DNA of 64,000 nucleotides from assembly GCA_965204745.1 (NCBI GenBank), contig OZ242010.1, forward strand, positions 4,768,001-4,832,000, written 5' to 3'. The position numbers and the translations under genes are program-made. Positions 50,286 through 60,085 of this stretch are shown here, piece after piece (position 1 is the stretch's first letter; every line of letters begins with the position of its first letter). The stretch is from Candidatus Latescibacterota bacterium. GTDB taxonomy: Bacteria; Latescibacterota; UBA2968. Below the pieces are notes generated by a model, which saw only the letters and a program-made list of their open reading frames with translations, had not been told where the DNA came from and ran no database searches.

Positions 50286-50428
50286 CGTCACGCGGTTTCA
50301 TGTGGGTTGGCACGTTGTATAGTTATAAACACATCATCCGATCATGTCAAGATCGCTTGGCGATTTTTGGCATGTGATGTAAATTGATCGCGTTGTCTGT
50401 TTCATCCATTGTTTTTTAGGAGGGTACA

Positions 50429-51799
50429 ATGTCGAATAAGGTGACGATTTTTGGCGCGGGGAGCGTGGTGTTTTCCCTGGGCTTGGTGAAGGATTTGTGC
50501 TTGACCGAGTCGCTGAATGGCAGCCACGTTTGTTTTATGGACATCAACGAGGAAGTCCTCGACGTGATTTACGAACTCGGCAGACGTTATGCCGAGGACT
50601 TGAGCGCGGATATGACGTTTGAAAAAACGACGGATCGAGCCGCCGCGCTGAAAGACGCCGAGTTTGTGATCAATGCGGCGACCGTGACGCACAACGAGTA
50701 TTTCATGCAACGGCGGCGCAAAATGACGGCCAAACTCGGTTATTTTTACGACAAAACCGGGATGCCCGAATACCACAACTTGCAACTCATGCTCGACGTC
50801 GCCAAAGACATGGAGACCCTGTGCCCGGATGCGTGGATTTTGCTGGCGGGCAATCCGGTCTTTGCGGGAACGACCCTGATGACGCGCGAGACCGGCATCA
50901 AGGTGTGCGGCTTGTGCCACGGGCATTACGGGTACGCGAGCGTGGCGCGCACCCTGGGCATGGATCCGGATGAGGTGACGTGGCAGGCACCGGGGTTGAA
51001 TCACAATATTTGGCTGACGGATTTTATCGTTGAAAACGAAGATATGTATCCCGAGTTGGATCGGTGGATCGCCGAAGAGAGCGAGGCGTATTGGGACAAA
51101 TTGACCCGCGAGGGCAAGGCGATTCCCACGCAGATGTCGCGTGCGGCGATTCATCAATACAAGATGTATGGCCTCATGCCCATTGGCGACACGCCGCGCA
51201 GGGGCGGTTGGTGGTACCACGCGGATTTGGACACGCGGAAATACTGGTACGATCCCCATGGCGGAAAAGACACGCCCGCCGGGCGCGATCAAGTGCTGGC
51301 GAGCAAGGCCAAAAAATACGAGCAGATGAAGGCCGCGGCTTACGATGAGAAAATTCGGCCAGTCGATCTGTTCGGCGACGAGATGACGCACGAGCAACAC
51401 ATTCCCATTATGAACGGCCTGGTCAACAATGTGGAGGGCCAGTTTCAGGTGAACGTGCCCAACTACGGCGTGTTGCCGGGCATTCCAGACGACGTGGCCG
51501 TGGAAGTGCCCGCGATTGTGAATAAGAAGGGCATTCAGCCCTTGCGCGTGCCGCCCCTGCCCAAGAAAATTATGCTGGAATGCGTTTATCCGGATTGGCT
51601 CAACATGGAACGCACCCTCGAAGCGGTCTTGTCGGGCGACAAGTCGATGATGCTGTTCGGGGTGTTGGAAAGCAAAGAGACGCGGTCTTATGACCACGGC
51701 CTAGAGACACTCGCCGCCCTGTTCGACATCGAACCCAATGAGCCGATGAAATACGTGGAGGACATCAACGCGCACTTTTCATGGCCGAAGAATTGGTGA
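50429..51799 (+). CDS. Glycoside hydrolase family 4 (NAD-dependent alpha-glucosidase/galactosidase)
   Basis: IFGAGSVVF, CPDAW...NP, GLCHG, GLNH..W, VNVPN.G, VEVPA. Confidence 0.9.
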   Translation: MSNKVTIFGAGSVVFSLGLVKDLCLTESLNGSHVCFMDINEEVLDVIYELGRRYAEDLSADMTFEKTTDRAAALKDAEFVINAATVTHNEYFMQRRRKMTAKLGYFYDKTGMPEYHNLQLMLDVAKDMETLCPDAWILLAGNPVFAGTTLMTRETGIKVCGLCHGHYGYASVARTLGMDPDEVTWQAPGLNHNIWLTDFIVENEDMYPELDRWIAEESEAYWDKLTREGKAIPTQMSRAAIHQYKMYGLMPIGDTPRRGGWWYHADLDTRKYWYDPHGGKDTPAGRDQVLASKAKKYEQMKAAAYDEKIRPVDLFGDEMTHEQHIPIMNGLVNNVEGQFQVNVPNYGVLPGIPDDVAVEVPAIVNKKGIQPLRVPPLPKKIMLECVYPDWLNMERTLEAVLSGDKSMMLFGVLESKETRSYDHGLETLAALFDIEPNEPMKYVEDINAHFSWPKNW

Positions 51800-51831
51800 A
51801 AGCCGCCCCAAACTGAATGGAGGTGATACGG

Positions 51832-52020
51832 ATGGCAGGATGGAGTGATGGAAACGTGGTACTCAATCTTTATCATGTCATTTATGCAGAGAAAGCCGAC
51901 GATACAAATATCCGTGTACATTTGCGCGAAAAACGCATGGTCTATCTTCGCTATAAAACGGAGGCCGAGCGCGATGAGAAGTTCGGCGATTTGACGACCG
52001 CGATGCAGAGGGGCTATTAG
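51832..52020 (+). CDS. Small hypothetical protein (62 aa)
   Basis: Strong RBS GGAGGTG before ATG; fills the gap in a co-directional run. Confidence 0.6.
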   Translation: MAGWSDGNVVLNLYHVIYAEKADDTNIRVHLREKRMVYLRYKTEAERDEKFGDLTTAMQRGY

Positions 52021-52076
52021 GGATTGGGAATGTACGACTGAAAACCGCTTTCATTCGCAGTTGATTGGAGGTTTGT

Positions 52077-52847
52077 ATGCAATACGGTATTCGAGACAAC
52101 ATGTTGCACGCGCCGATAGAGACGATGTTTTCCGCGGCGCGAGACATTGGCTTTGATGGCGTGGAGTTTTGCGTCGGGCGTGCCTATCGAGAGAATATTT
52201 TGTGGCGCGATGGCGGCGCCGAGGACTTGAAGGCATTGGCAGATGCTGCGGATATCGAGATTTCATCCCTGTCGCCGGGGGTGTTTGCCCAATTTCATCC
52301 GGCATTGCCAGAACCGGAAAAGCGCGCCGAGGGCGTCGAAATTTTGACGCATGTGATCGCATCGTGCGCGGCGGTCGATACGCAGCATATTCTCGTGCCG
52401 ATGTTTCCCAGAGATATGGATGCGTGGCCCAAGGCGACATGGGATCAACTGGTAGATGGGTTCAAAGCACTTGGGAAAGTCGCCGAGGAGCACGGCGCGA
52501 TTTTGGATTTGGAGACGACGTTTAGCGCGGATCAGTTGGCGATGCTTTTGGAGCGCATCGGGTCAGACGCGGTGAAGGTCTATCACGATACGGGCAATAC
52601 GACCATGCGCGGGCAAGATGCAGCAGAGGAGATTTTGAAGTTGGGGCGCGAGGGCATTGGGATGATCCACGCCAAGGATACGGACCGACAGGCATTGGGC
52701 GAGGGCCGCGTGGATTTCGCCGCGGTGGATGCGGCCATGCGCGCGATCCATTACGACGGGTACATCGTGTTGGAAACGCCCTCTGGCGACGACCCGCATG
52801 CCGATCACGCCAAGAATTTGGCATTTGTCAAGAAACTGGGAGTTTAA
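52077..52847 (+). CDS. Sugar phosphate isomerase/epimerase
   Basis: GFDGVE, LDLET, YHDTGN, IHAKD, LGEGRVDF, YDGYIVLET. Confidence 0.87.
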   Translation: MQYGIRDNMLHAPIETMFSAARDIGFDGVEFCVGRAYRENILWRDGGAEDLKALADAADIEISSLSPGVFAQFHPALPEPEKRAEGVEILTHVIASCAAVDTQHILVPMFPRDMDAWPKATWDQLVDGFKALGKVAEEHGAILDLETTFSADQLAMLLERIGSDAVKVYHDTGNTTMRGQDAAEEILKLGREGIGMIHAKDTDRQALGEGRVDFAAVDAAMRAIHYDGYIVLETPSGDDPHADHAKNLAFVKKLGV

Positions 52848-52862
52848 GCACGCAGAGGCGAT

Positions 52863-53174
52863 TCACACATCTCGAATCGCCTCGTCTTTTTTTGTTATGA
52901 TGTCGATTCGCACAACGGCATCCAAGGCATTGGCGACCTTTTTCAGGGTGCTGATCGTGCAGTTTCCCCGGTTTTCCAATCGGCTAATGACCGGTGTGCT
53001 GGTGTCCAACTTCGCGGCCAATTGTGCTTGCGTCAATCCGCGTTGCTTCCGCAGTTGTGCAATTTTAACCGCAAGGCGCAACTCGTCGAGTCCTTCGTGA
53101 AATGACTCCGCGACCTCTCGGTCTTTCAACTGTTCTTCGAGAAAGACCTGAACACTTGTCTTTTGAATGGACAT
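52863..53174 (-). CDS. XRE-family HTH antitoxin (HigA-like)
   Basis: LRKQRGLTQAQLA......ISRLEN; directly downstream of the toxin. Confidence 0.85.
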   Translation of the reverse strand: MSIQKTSVQVFLEEQLKDREVAESFHEGLDELRLAVKIAQLRKQRGLTQAQLAAKLDTSTPVISRLENRGNCTISTLKKVANALDAVVRIDIITKKDEAIRDV

Positions 53175-53177
53175 GTT

Positions 53178-53525
53178 TTAGCCCTCTTTTCTTTTTCGGT
53201 CAGCGTTCATGCGCTCCACTGCAATCCGAATTTCTCTTTGTGGAAGTTTCTGGCTTCGCTTTTCACATGCGTGCAACAATACAAAAACCCGATTCGCATC
53301 GCAATAGTACAAAACGCGATATTGATTTTTCCCATAACGCGCTCGCAGTTCTCTCACCCGTCCCTCAACCTGACTCGAATAAGGAAAGGGGAGAGCGAGA
53401 CCAAATTCCGCGAGAATTTGAATCACCTGCAATACTTTTCCTCTCGACTTGGGTTGAAGCAAAAGCAAAAAATCTTTGACAGGTTCTCGTCCTGTTTCAT
53501 TTTGATAAAATTCAACAAGCCACAT
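53178..53525 (-). CDS. RelE/HigB (Gp49-like) toxin
   Basis: MWLVEFY...GREPVKDFL, RELR, YRVLY, VLLH..EKRSQKLP..EI..A. Confidence 0.85.
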   Translation of the reverse strand: MWLVEFYQNETGREPVKDFLLLLQPKSRGKVLQVIQILAEFGLALPFPYSSQVEGRVRELRARYGKNQYRVLYYCDANRVFVLLHACEKRSQKLPQREIRIAVERMNADRKRKEG

Positions 53526-53716
53526 ACCATTGCCCGAGACACACGTTATATTCGCGTTAAAAAAATATAATAGCCGTTTCGTTTCACCAACGCAAGGAGA
53601 ATGGCGTAAGAAAGCCACCTGTTTTGGAGAGATCATGAAAATCCGACTTTTAGCTCGACTTGGGTCGATGTGTTTGGCGATTATATGGAACATTAAGCGA
53701 GGCGGTTTGGTCATAT

Positions 53717-53764
53717 AAAAAAGGCCGTTAGCCACTGAACTTTGGCGAGATCGGGCTAACGGCC
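53717..53764 (-). terminator. Terminator-like hairpin
   Basis: 11-bp perfect stem GGCCGTTAGCC/GGCTAACGGCC followed by T6 on the minus strand. Confidence 0.65.
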
Positions 53765-53814
53765 GGAAGCCGCAGGACGGATTGGAAATCCAGCATGCGA
53801 CGCAAGAAGCGACA

Positions 53815-53843
53815 ATTTTAACAATTTTAGGTCTTTTTGTCAA
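53815..53843 (-). promoter_or_regulatory. Near-consensus sigma70 promoter
   Basis: TTGACA-N17-TAAAAT with extended -10 TG on the minus strand. Confidence 0.7.
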
Positions 53844-53932
53844 CACGGAGAAAGGAGGAAAACCGCGAGATGATGCAGTTCAGCCGGGAGAGGAGTTGTA
53901 CGCGAAAAACAAAGATCTGTCAAACAGGAGGA

Positions 53933-54631
53933 ATGTCGATGAGCAAATATTCGATGTTGAACGTGTGGTTGTTGGCGTTGGTGATCGCCGCGCCTGTGGC
54001 CGCACGGGAAGCGCGGTACGGTGCGGGCGTGTTTTTTAATCGCAGCGTGCCCGTGCAGGGGTTTCACGAACGGTATTCGGCTTCGCAGGTGTACGGCGTG
54101 GTGCTCGATTATCGGGTCAGTCCACGCGCCACAATCGAGTTTGAATACCACCACCTGACCATGGACGACGGAAAAATTGAAGGCCTGGCATTTACGTGGC
54201 CCATAGACAAGCAACAATATCTAAGCCCAAATGCCAACGCTCGGTTCAACCTCAACAGCTTTTTGATCAACGCGCTGGCGCATCTCAAACCCCGGCAGGT
54301 CCGCAGTGAGTTGCAACTTCTGCCGTATATCGCCGTGGGCGCGGGGTTCTACGATTACCAAGATCGGATCAGCGGGCTGATTTATCCGGGGCAAAAAGAA
54401 CAGCCTCTCAATCAGGAGTTGATGTTGGATCCAACCGAAGACGATCACACGGCTTTGGGCGCGAATTTGGGCTTGGGCATGGCGGTCACGCAACGGCGAT
54501 TCGGGCTGGATATCCGAGCGCGGTATCACTTGATCCTGGGCCATTTGAGTCCGATGGAGGCGTGGAATCTGTCGGGCGTGTTCCCGATAGCCACGTTTGA
54601 TTTTAGGACCGCGTTCAAACTCTACTGGTAG
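53933..54631 (+). CDS. Small outer-membrane beta-barrel protein (module B)
   Basis: Signal peptide, LPYIAVGAG, alternating beta pattern, terminal aromatic YW. Confidence 0.75.
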   Translation: MSMSKYSMLNVWLLALVIAAPVAAREARYGAGVFFNRSVPVQGFHERYSASQVYGVVLDYRVSPRATIEFEYHHLTMDDGKIEGLAFTWPIDKQQYLSPNANARFNLNSFLINALAHLKPRQVRSELQLLPYIAVGAGFYDYQDRISGLIYPGQKEQPLNQELMLDPTEDDHTALGANLGLGMAVTQRRFGLDIRARYHLILGHLSPMEAWNLSGVFPIATFDFRTAFKLYW

Positions 54632-54645
54632 CCTCAAACGAGGAG

Positions 54646-57600
54646 ATGGTTATGAAGCGATTGATATTGGGCGTTGTTTTGGTGCTGTTGGGGTTGGACG
54701 CAGCGGCTCGGGCCGCAACGACGGGTAAAATCACGGGTACGATCACAGACGCGGGCACGGGCGAGCCGTTGCCGGGCGCGAATGTGGTGCTCGAAGGCGC
54801 GCGCAAAGGCGCGACCACAGACGCCGAGGGCCGGTATTTGATTCTGGCCGTGGATCCGGGCGTGCATGCGCTGATGGCGACGATGGTGGGCTATGGCGCG
54901 GAAAAGAAAGAAGCCGTGCAGGTGATTGTGGATTACACATCCACAGTGGATTTCGCGCTGAAAGAGACCGATCTCGAACTGACCGAACTCATCGTGATCG
55001 CCGAGCGTCCGCCGGTCGAGCCGGACAAAACCTCGAGCAAGTACGTGGTTTCCTCGGCGGATATCCAAGCCGTGCCACAGGTGAGGGCCACCGCGCAGTT
55101 GATCGCATTGCAGCCGGGCATGGCACTCGACGGCAGCAACCGCATTCGCGGAAGCACGACCCGCGAGCAGACCGGCACGCAGGTGGGCTATTACATCGAC
55201 GGGATCGAGGTCGATAGGAGCATGCTCACGGGCGTGAACACCACGGCCATTCAGGAATTGAGCGTGCTCACCGGCGGCATGAACGCGGAATTTGGCAATG
55301 CGGGCGCGGGCATCGTGAGTTTGGTGACAAAAGAAGGCCGGGGCAATTTCTCCGGGCGGATGGAGTACAAGTTCACGCCCGCGGGCAAAAAACACTGGGG
55401 CCGAGACGTGTACGACAGCCCGGCGTTTGAAGACAATGTGCAGTGGGACAATCCGGATTGGGTGAACGAGACGTACATCGACCCAGGCCCGGATCGCACG
55501 CTCGGCACCGCAGACGATGCCGAGCGCAGGGCACACGAGCGCGTCAATTACACGGCTGCGCGTGGGCATCGCATAGAAGGCACGTTGAGCGGGCCGGTCG
55601 TGCGCGATTTTTCGTATTTTGCCAGCGCGAGTTATTCGCGCAGCCCGGCGCGGTTTCCAGCAGCCGAACAAGTGCAGGACGATCCGCCGCGCCTCCAAGC
55701 GACCGTGACGTACCGGCCCGGCGCGAACATCAAGGTGAAGGCCCTAGGCATGTACCAGCGGTCGGATCGGTTTCAGGGATCCACGCGCAACAATGCCCAA
55801 AACATCTTCTTTCCGGAAGACTTTTCCGCTTCGGGCACGTACGCCTTGTCGCGGCAACTCGAGGTCTTGACCATCACGCACACCCTGGGCAAAAACACGT
55901 ATTACGATCTGAAATTTTTCCACAACAAATTCGACCGCGATACGTCCAACGTGCCCGCGGCCACCGAAGCCGTGCGAAAGGACAAAGCCGGGTATTTCAA
56001 TTTGCCCACGCTGGTGCGCGAATACACCGAAGAGGAAGACGCCAAGTACGGCGTCAAATTCGACTTTGTGAGTCAGGTCAACCGGTCGCACTTGATCCAG
56101 ACCGGGTTGGTGCTCACGCGACGGGCCTACCACCGCACGCGGGAGGATTTTGACAATACCAAGAGTCGATTTCTCGAATTTGTGGCCGACGGGTTTGACT
56201 TGGGCAAAAACGTGAAGCCGTGGACCTTAAACCTGTACGTGCAAGACAAGATCGAGTACGGGGGCTTGGTCGCCAACTTGGGTTTGCGCTACGATTATTA
56301 CAATTTTGGGCGCAAAGGCTCGATGGGCGAGGCATTGGGCAAATCCCCGATGTACAGCACGTTCACCCGAGCGCGTTACGAACTCGACCACCTCGACAGC
56401 GACACGCCGGTCATGACCGCGTTAAGCCCGCGCGTGGGCCTGTCGCATCCGATTACGGATCGGTTGTCCGCACACTATTTCATCGGCCGCGCGCACGTTT
56501 TCCCGGTGCTCCTCGAAACGCATCGCAGGCAGTTTTCCAGCGAGGCGCCGGACAATGACCTCAATGGCAATGGCGCGATAGACGACGCGGAAAAGTGGAA
56601 TGCGATGGAAGTGCATACCACTGCGCGGCAGCCATCCGATGGCATGAAACCGCAGCGCGCCACGAGCATGGAAATGGGGGTCGATTGGAATTTCGTCGCC
56701 GATTACACGGCTAGCATCACGGCCCACTACCGGCGGGACGAGGGCTTGTACGCCAGCAACAATATTTCCTATTGGGTCGATCCGCTCAAAGGCCAGTCCG
56801 CGCAGGTCAACGCCATTCGCAACACCTATTGGCAAACCGCGCGCGGCCTCGAACTGTCCCTGAAAAAGTCGTTCGGCAACAATTTCCAATTCAACCTGTC
56901 CTACAATGCCGAATGGGTGCGCGACCCGGGCGGCATTCACTACGGCAAGCACTCGGCAAATTGGTACGTGCTACCAGACGCGGATTTCATCGCTGCCGGG
57001 CATTATTGGACCGACTGGGAGGTGCAAGCCGACGGGGCCGAAAGGCCGGTGCCGCTCACGTCCGAGCAAGTGGCCGACATCAGCGCACAGGCAGAGGCAA
57101 ATCTCGTGGCGTGGACCGAACGCGCCGGGGCCCAAGGCCCGGGCGCAGGCCCGTGGCAACCCCCGATTAAGACCAATGACAATGGCTTATGGACCGCGTC
57201 AAACGGGCAGGTCTTTTCCGCAGAGCCGACTGGGGGGCAACGCAGGAACCAGTTGTCGCTCCAGTTCTACTATGCCACGCCGATGGGGTATGGCCCCAAG
57301 ATGGGCGCGGTTTATCCCCTCGGCGGCCTGCGCGTGAGCATGATCTACCGCATTTTCAGCGGGGAGCCGTTCGAGTACGTCCCCCCCATTGGCCCGCGGG
57401 AGTTTCGCGTGGGCGCGCCTGCGATGAAGACCGATTTGTACGCGGCCAAGGATTTCAAAGCCATTGGCAACCTGCGGCCCACCCTGTTTGTGGAAGTGAG
57501 CAATTTGTTCAACGAAAAGAGCACCGAGAGCCGCAACTCGGATTTTACCTACGTGCAATACGGGTTGCGGTTGCCCCCGCCGGATGACACCGAGTATTTG

Positions 57601-57681
57601 CTCTACGGGGACCCGCGCGAAGCCACGCGCTACACGTACAACCCGCGCGAAGTGGAAATCGGTTTGGAAATTCAATTTTGA
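54646..57681 (+). CDS. TonB-dependent receptor (module B)
   Basis: GKITGTITD..TGEPLPGANV, GGMNAEFGN, SPRVGLSHP, NLFN, C-terminal IGLEIQF. Confidence 0.92.
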   Translation: MVMKRLILGVVLVLLGLDAAARAATTGKITGTITDAGTGEPLPGANVVLEGARKGATTDAEGRYLILAVDPGVHALMATMVGYGAEKKEAVQVIVDYTSTVDFALKETDLELTELIVIAERPPVEPDKTSSKYVVSSADIQAVPQVRATAQLIALQPGMALDGSNRIRGSTTREQTGTQVGYYIDGIEVDRSMLTGVNTTAIQELSVLTGGMNAEFGNAGAGIVSLVTKEGRGNFSGRMEYKFTPAGKKHWGRDVYDSPAFEDNVQWDNPDWVNETYIDPGPDRTLGTADDAERRAHERVNYTAARGHRIEGTLSGPVVRDFSYFASASYSRSPARFPAAEQVQDDPPRLQATVTYRPGANIKVKALGMYQRSDRFQGSTRNNAQNIFFPEDFSASGTYALSRQLEVLTITHTLGKNTYYDLKFFHNKFDRDTSNVPAATEAVRKDKAGYFNLPTLVREYTEEEDAKYGVKFDFVSQVNRSHLIQTGLVLTRRAYHRTREDFDNTKSRFLEFVADGFDLGKNVKPWTLNLYVQDKIEYGGLVANLGLRYDYYNFGRKGSMGEALGKSPMYSTFTRARYELDHLDSDTPVMTALSPRVGLSHPITDRLSAHYFIGRAHVFPVLLETHRRQFSSEAPDNDLNGNGAIDDAEKWNAMEVHTTARQPSDGMKPQRATSMEMGVDWNFVADYTASITAHYRRDEGLYASNNISYWVDPLKGQSAQVNAIRNTYWQTARGLELSLKKSFGNNFQFNLSYNAEWVRDPGGIHYGKHSANWYVLPDADFIAAGHYWTDWEVQADGAERPVPLTSEQVADISAQAEANLVAWTERAGAQGPGAGPWQPPIKTNDNGLWTASNGQVFSAEPTGGQRRNQLSLQFYYATPMGYGPKMGAVYPLGGLRVSMIYRIFSGEPFEYVPPIGPREFRVGAPAMKTDLYAAKDFKAIGNLRPTLFVEVSNLFNEKSTESRNSDFTYVQYGLRLPPPDDTEYLLYGDPREATRYTYNPREVEIGLEIQF

Positions 57682-57699
57682 GAATTGGAGGATGGCGAT

Positions 57700-60075
57700 A
57701 TGACGAAACACATTCGAACGGTTGCCCTGATTTTGGCGGTTGCCGGCTGGGCACTCGACGCGTATTCACTGGACACGCAAAACCTGCGCCAACTCACACG
57801 CGGACAACTCTGGACCGGTTTTCGCAACGAGGGCACGCAGGGCGGCGTGTGGGACGACCGCAGCTCTCGCGGCACGCCCCGCCTGACCTATCCGGGCATG
57901 GGCAATGGCATTATGCTCAACATGGCAGGCGCGGACTACATCGAGTATTTCGGCAAAAAGGACGGTTTTAGCTGGGCCGAGCAAAAAAACGAGGCGCAGA
58001 ATTTGTCCGCTGGCGAAGGGATATGGGTGTTGACGAATGTCGATGGCGAATACGGCGTATCGTATTCCGGGCCTTGGACCCCCTCTGCGGACATCGCGCC
58101 GATGTACTACGACATTGCCAACAGCCCGGAAGCGAATTGGGGATATCGGGTGGAGGTGCCCCCGCACGGCTTGGGCGCGGGCCTCATCATGCCCAACTGG
58201 TACCCGGGCGCGGCAGTGCAAACAGACGCGCCGCGAACCGGCGTGCCCTACGAGATCCTCAACCACCGCTGGGGGCAGTACATGGACGCGGACAAGGACG
58301 ACCGCGCCGAGGATATCATAATCAGCCGATGGACCACCAAACACGGCGTTGCGATCACGCGCAAGGCCATGGCGTGGACCTATCAGGGCTTTGACGACTT
58401 CTTCATTTTGGAAGTGGAGTTTGAAAACACCGGGGATTCGGATGGCGATGGCGTGCCCGATGTGAACGGCGGCGCGGGTCATCACCTGCGCGGCGCGTAT
58501 TTCGCATTTGTGCAGGGCTTTACCGTGAGCATGTCCGGCGAGGGCAATTGGAACAGCATCGGTTCTGGCATGCCCGGATCGTACCAGCCACAGGACGATC
58601 AGTACCGCTATACGGACGCGCCGAATTACGACGGGCCTGCGGAATACGTGGGCTTGAAGATGAATTACCAATGGGATGGCGACAGCCTTGAACGGTCCGA
58701 AGAAGACACCGGGCAACCCGTTTATATCGAAAGCGTACACGGCAATGCAAAGCGGTTGCCGGGCGGGGTGTTCGACGGGCAAATGCGCTCCCCGCAATAC
58801 GTGGGCGTGGCCCCATTGGCCTATCGGGATACCGGCCCCTCGCATGTGTTCAATGCGGATGATCGGGGCAAATACGTCAATCCCCAAGGCGAACAACCCC
58901 GGACCTCCAAGTGGTGGGAAACGCGCGACTTTTGGGGCCTGAACACGGATTTGCCCAATCTGCAAAGCGATTCCGAGCAGGGCATTTACGAAACCTTTTC
59001 CGGGACGACGGACGCCAATCCCACTATCGTCAATGCCATGGCCAACGCGCTCGCGTTTGGGCCTTACGACCTCGCGGTGGGCGAAAAGGCCAAGATCGTG
59101 GTGGCGTATGTCGCGGGCACGGGCGCGCAGGCATTGCCTCGGCCGACCCAACCCGCGTACGCAGTGGATGTGCAAACGTTTTGCATGGCCGATATTCCGC
59201 TGGAGGAATCGGTTCGCCTCAACCGCTTGAAACGGGGCGAGGCCGCCCTTGTCGCGCATCTGAAGGCCGCGCAATTCGCGTATGACAATCGGTACGATTT
59301 GCCGGATTATCCGCCGGATGTCGCGTTCGCGCCCGGGGTGAATCAGGACGCGGAGATCACACTGACGTGGTCAGACATTGCTGAATCGTCCGTGCATCCG
59401 GATTTTGGCGAGGCCGACATCGCGGGGTATCGGGTGTTTCGCTCCGCGTATCAGGAATTTGGCCCATGGGAACTCGTGGGCACCATTCCCAAAGGCACGA
59501 CCGGCGCGACGTGGGATTATTCGGCCGGGCAATACGTGTGGCGCGACAACACGGCCGTCGCCGGGTTTCGGTATTTCTACAATGTGCGCGCCTTTGCCAA
59601 ACCGCACGACGCGTGGACCAATGGCATGTCGAGCATGGCCGATTTGCCCGAAGAAGTGCAGGGCCATTTGCGCGCTGGCCTCGAGGGGGGATATTCCGCG
59701 CCAGAGCAGCGCGTGAACCTCGACCTCAGCCCGTTTCAGCCGGGGCTCGCGCCGTCATGGCCGGAAAAGCGCGTGCGCGTGGTGCCCAATCCCTTCAGCT
59801 TGTCGGAATCCGGCTACAACTACCAGAGTTCAAAGAAGATCCGCTTCTTGGGGCTACCGCCCAAAAGCCGCGTGGTGATCTACAATGTGGCCGGGGATAT
59901 CGTGGGTGAAATCCTGCACGACGACCCAAATTCGGGCGAAGCCTCATGGTTCCAAATTGAACGCAATGTGACGTCGCCAGACGTCGCCAGCGGGATTTAT
60001 TTTTACGTGGTCGAATCCCTGACCCCAGAGAGCATGGGGCAACAGGTGACCGGCACATTTTACATTTTGAGATGA
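57700..60075 (+). CDS. Secreted protein with FN3-like and T9SS-like C-terminal domain (module B)
   Basis: Signal peptide; GPYDLAVGE; ITLTW...GYRVFR; VRVVPNP..IRF..LP..IYNVAG..W..VASGIYF..FYILR*. Confidence 0.75.
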   Translation: MTKHIRTVALILAVAGWALDAYSLDTQNLRQLTRGQLWTGFRNEGTQGGVWDDRSSRGTPRLTYPGMGNGIMLNMAGADYIEYFGKKDGFSWAEQKNEAQNLSAGEGIWVLTNVDGEYGVSYSGPWTPSADIAPMYYDIANSPEANWGYRVEVPPHGLGAGLIMPNWYPGAAVQTDAPRTGVPYEILNHRWGQYMDADKDDRAEDIIISRWTTKHGVAITRKAMAWTYQGFDDFFILEVEFENTGDSDGDGVPDVNGGAGHHLRGAYFAFVQGFTVSMSGEGNWNSIGSGMPGSYQPQDDQYRYTDAPNYDGPAEYVGLKMNYQWDGDSLERSEEDTGQPVYIESVHGNAKRLPGGVFDGQMRSPQYVGVAPLAYRDTGPSHVFNADDRGKYVNPQGEQPRTSKWWETRDFWGLNTDLPNLQSDSEQGIYETFSGTTDANPTIVNAMANALAFGPYDLAVGEKAKIVVAYVAGTGAQALPRPTQPAYAVDVQTFCMADIPLEESVRLNRLKRGEAALVAHLKAAQFAYDNRYDLPDYPPDVAFAPGVNQDAEITLTWSDIAESSVHPDFGEADIAGYRVFRSAYQEFGPWELVGTIPKGTTGATWDYSAGQYVWRDNTAVAGFRYFYNVRAFAKPHDAWTNGMSSMADLPEEVQGHLRAGLEGGYSAPEQRVNLDLSPFQPGLAPSWPEKRVRVVPNPFSLSESGYNYQSSKKIRFLGLPPKSRVVIYNVAGDIVGEILHDDPNSGEASWFQIERNVTSPDVASGIYFYVVESLTPESMGQQVTGTFYILR

Positions 60076-60085
60076 GGAGCGCGAC

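Noticed and set aside
39149-50291. tRNA-Glu as the attachment site of the island
   Set aside because: I saw no duplicated tRNA 3' end and no integrase, and two ordinary metabolic genes lie between the tRNA and the island.
53526-53846. N-terminal 107 aa of the 222-aa ORF
   Set aside because: It spans the promoter and terminator; the toxin-like sequence starts at MWLVEF (53525).
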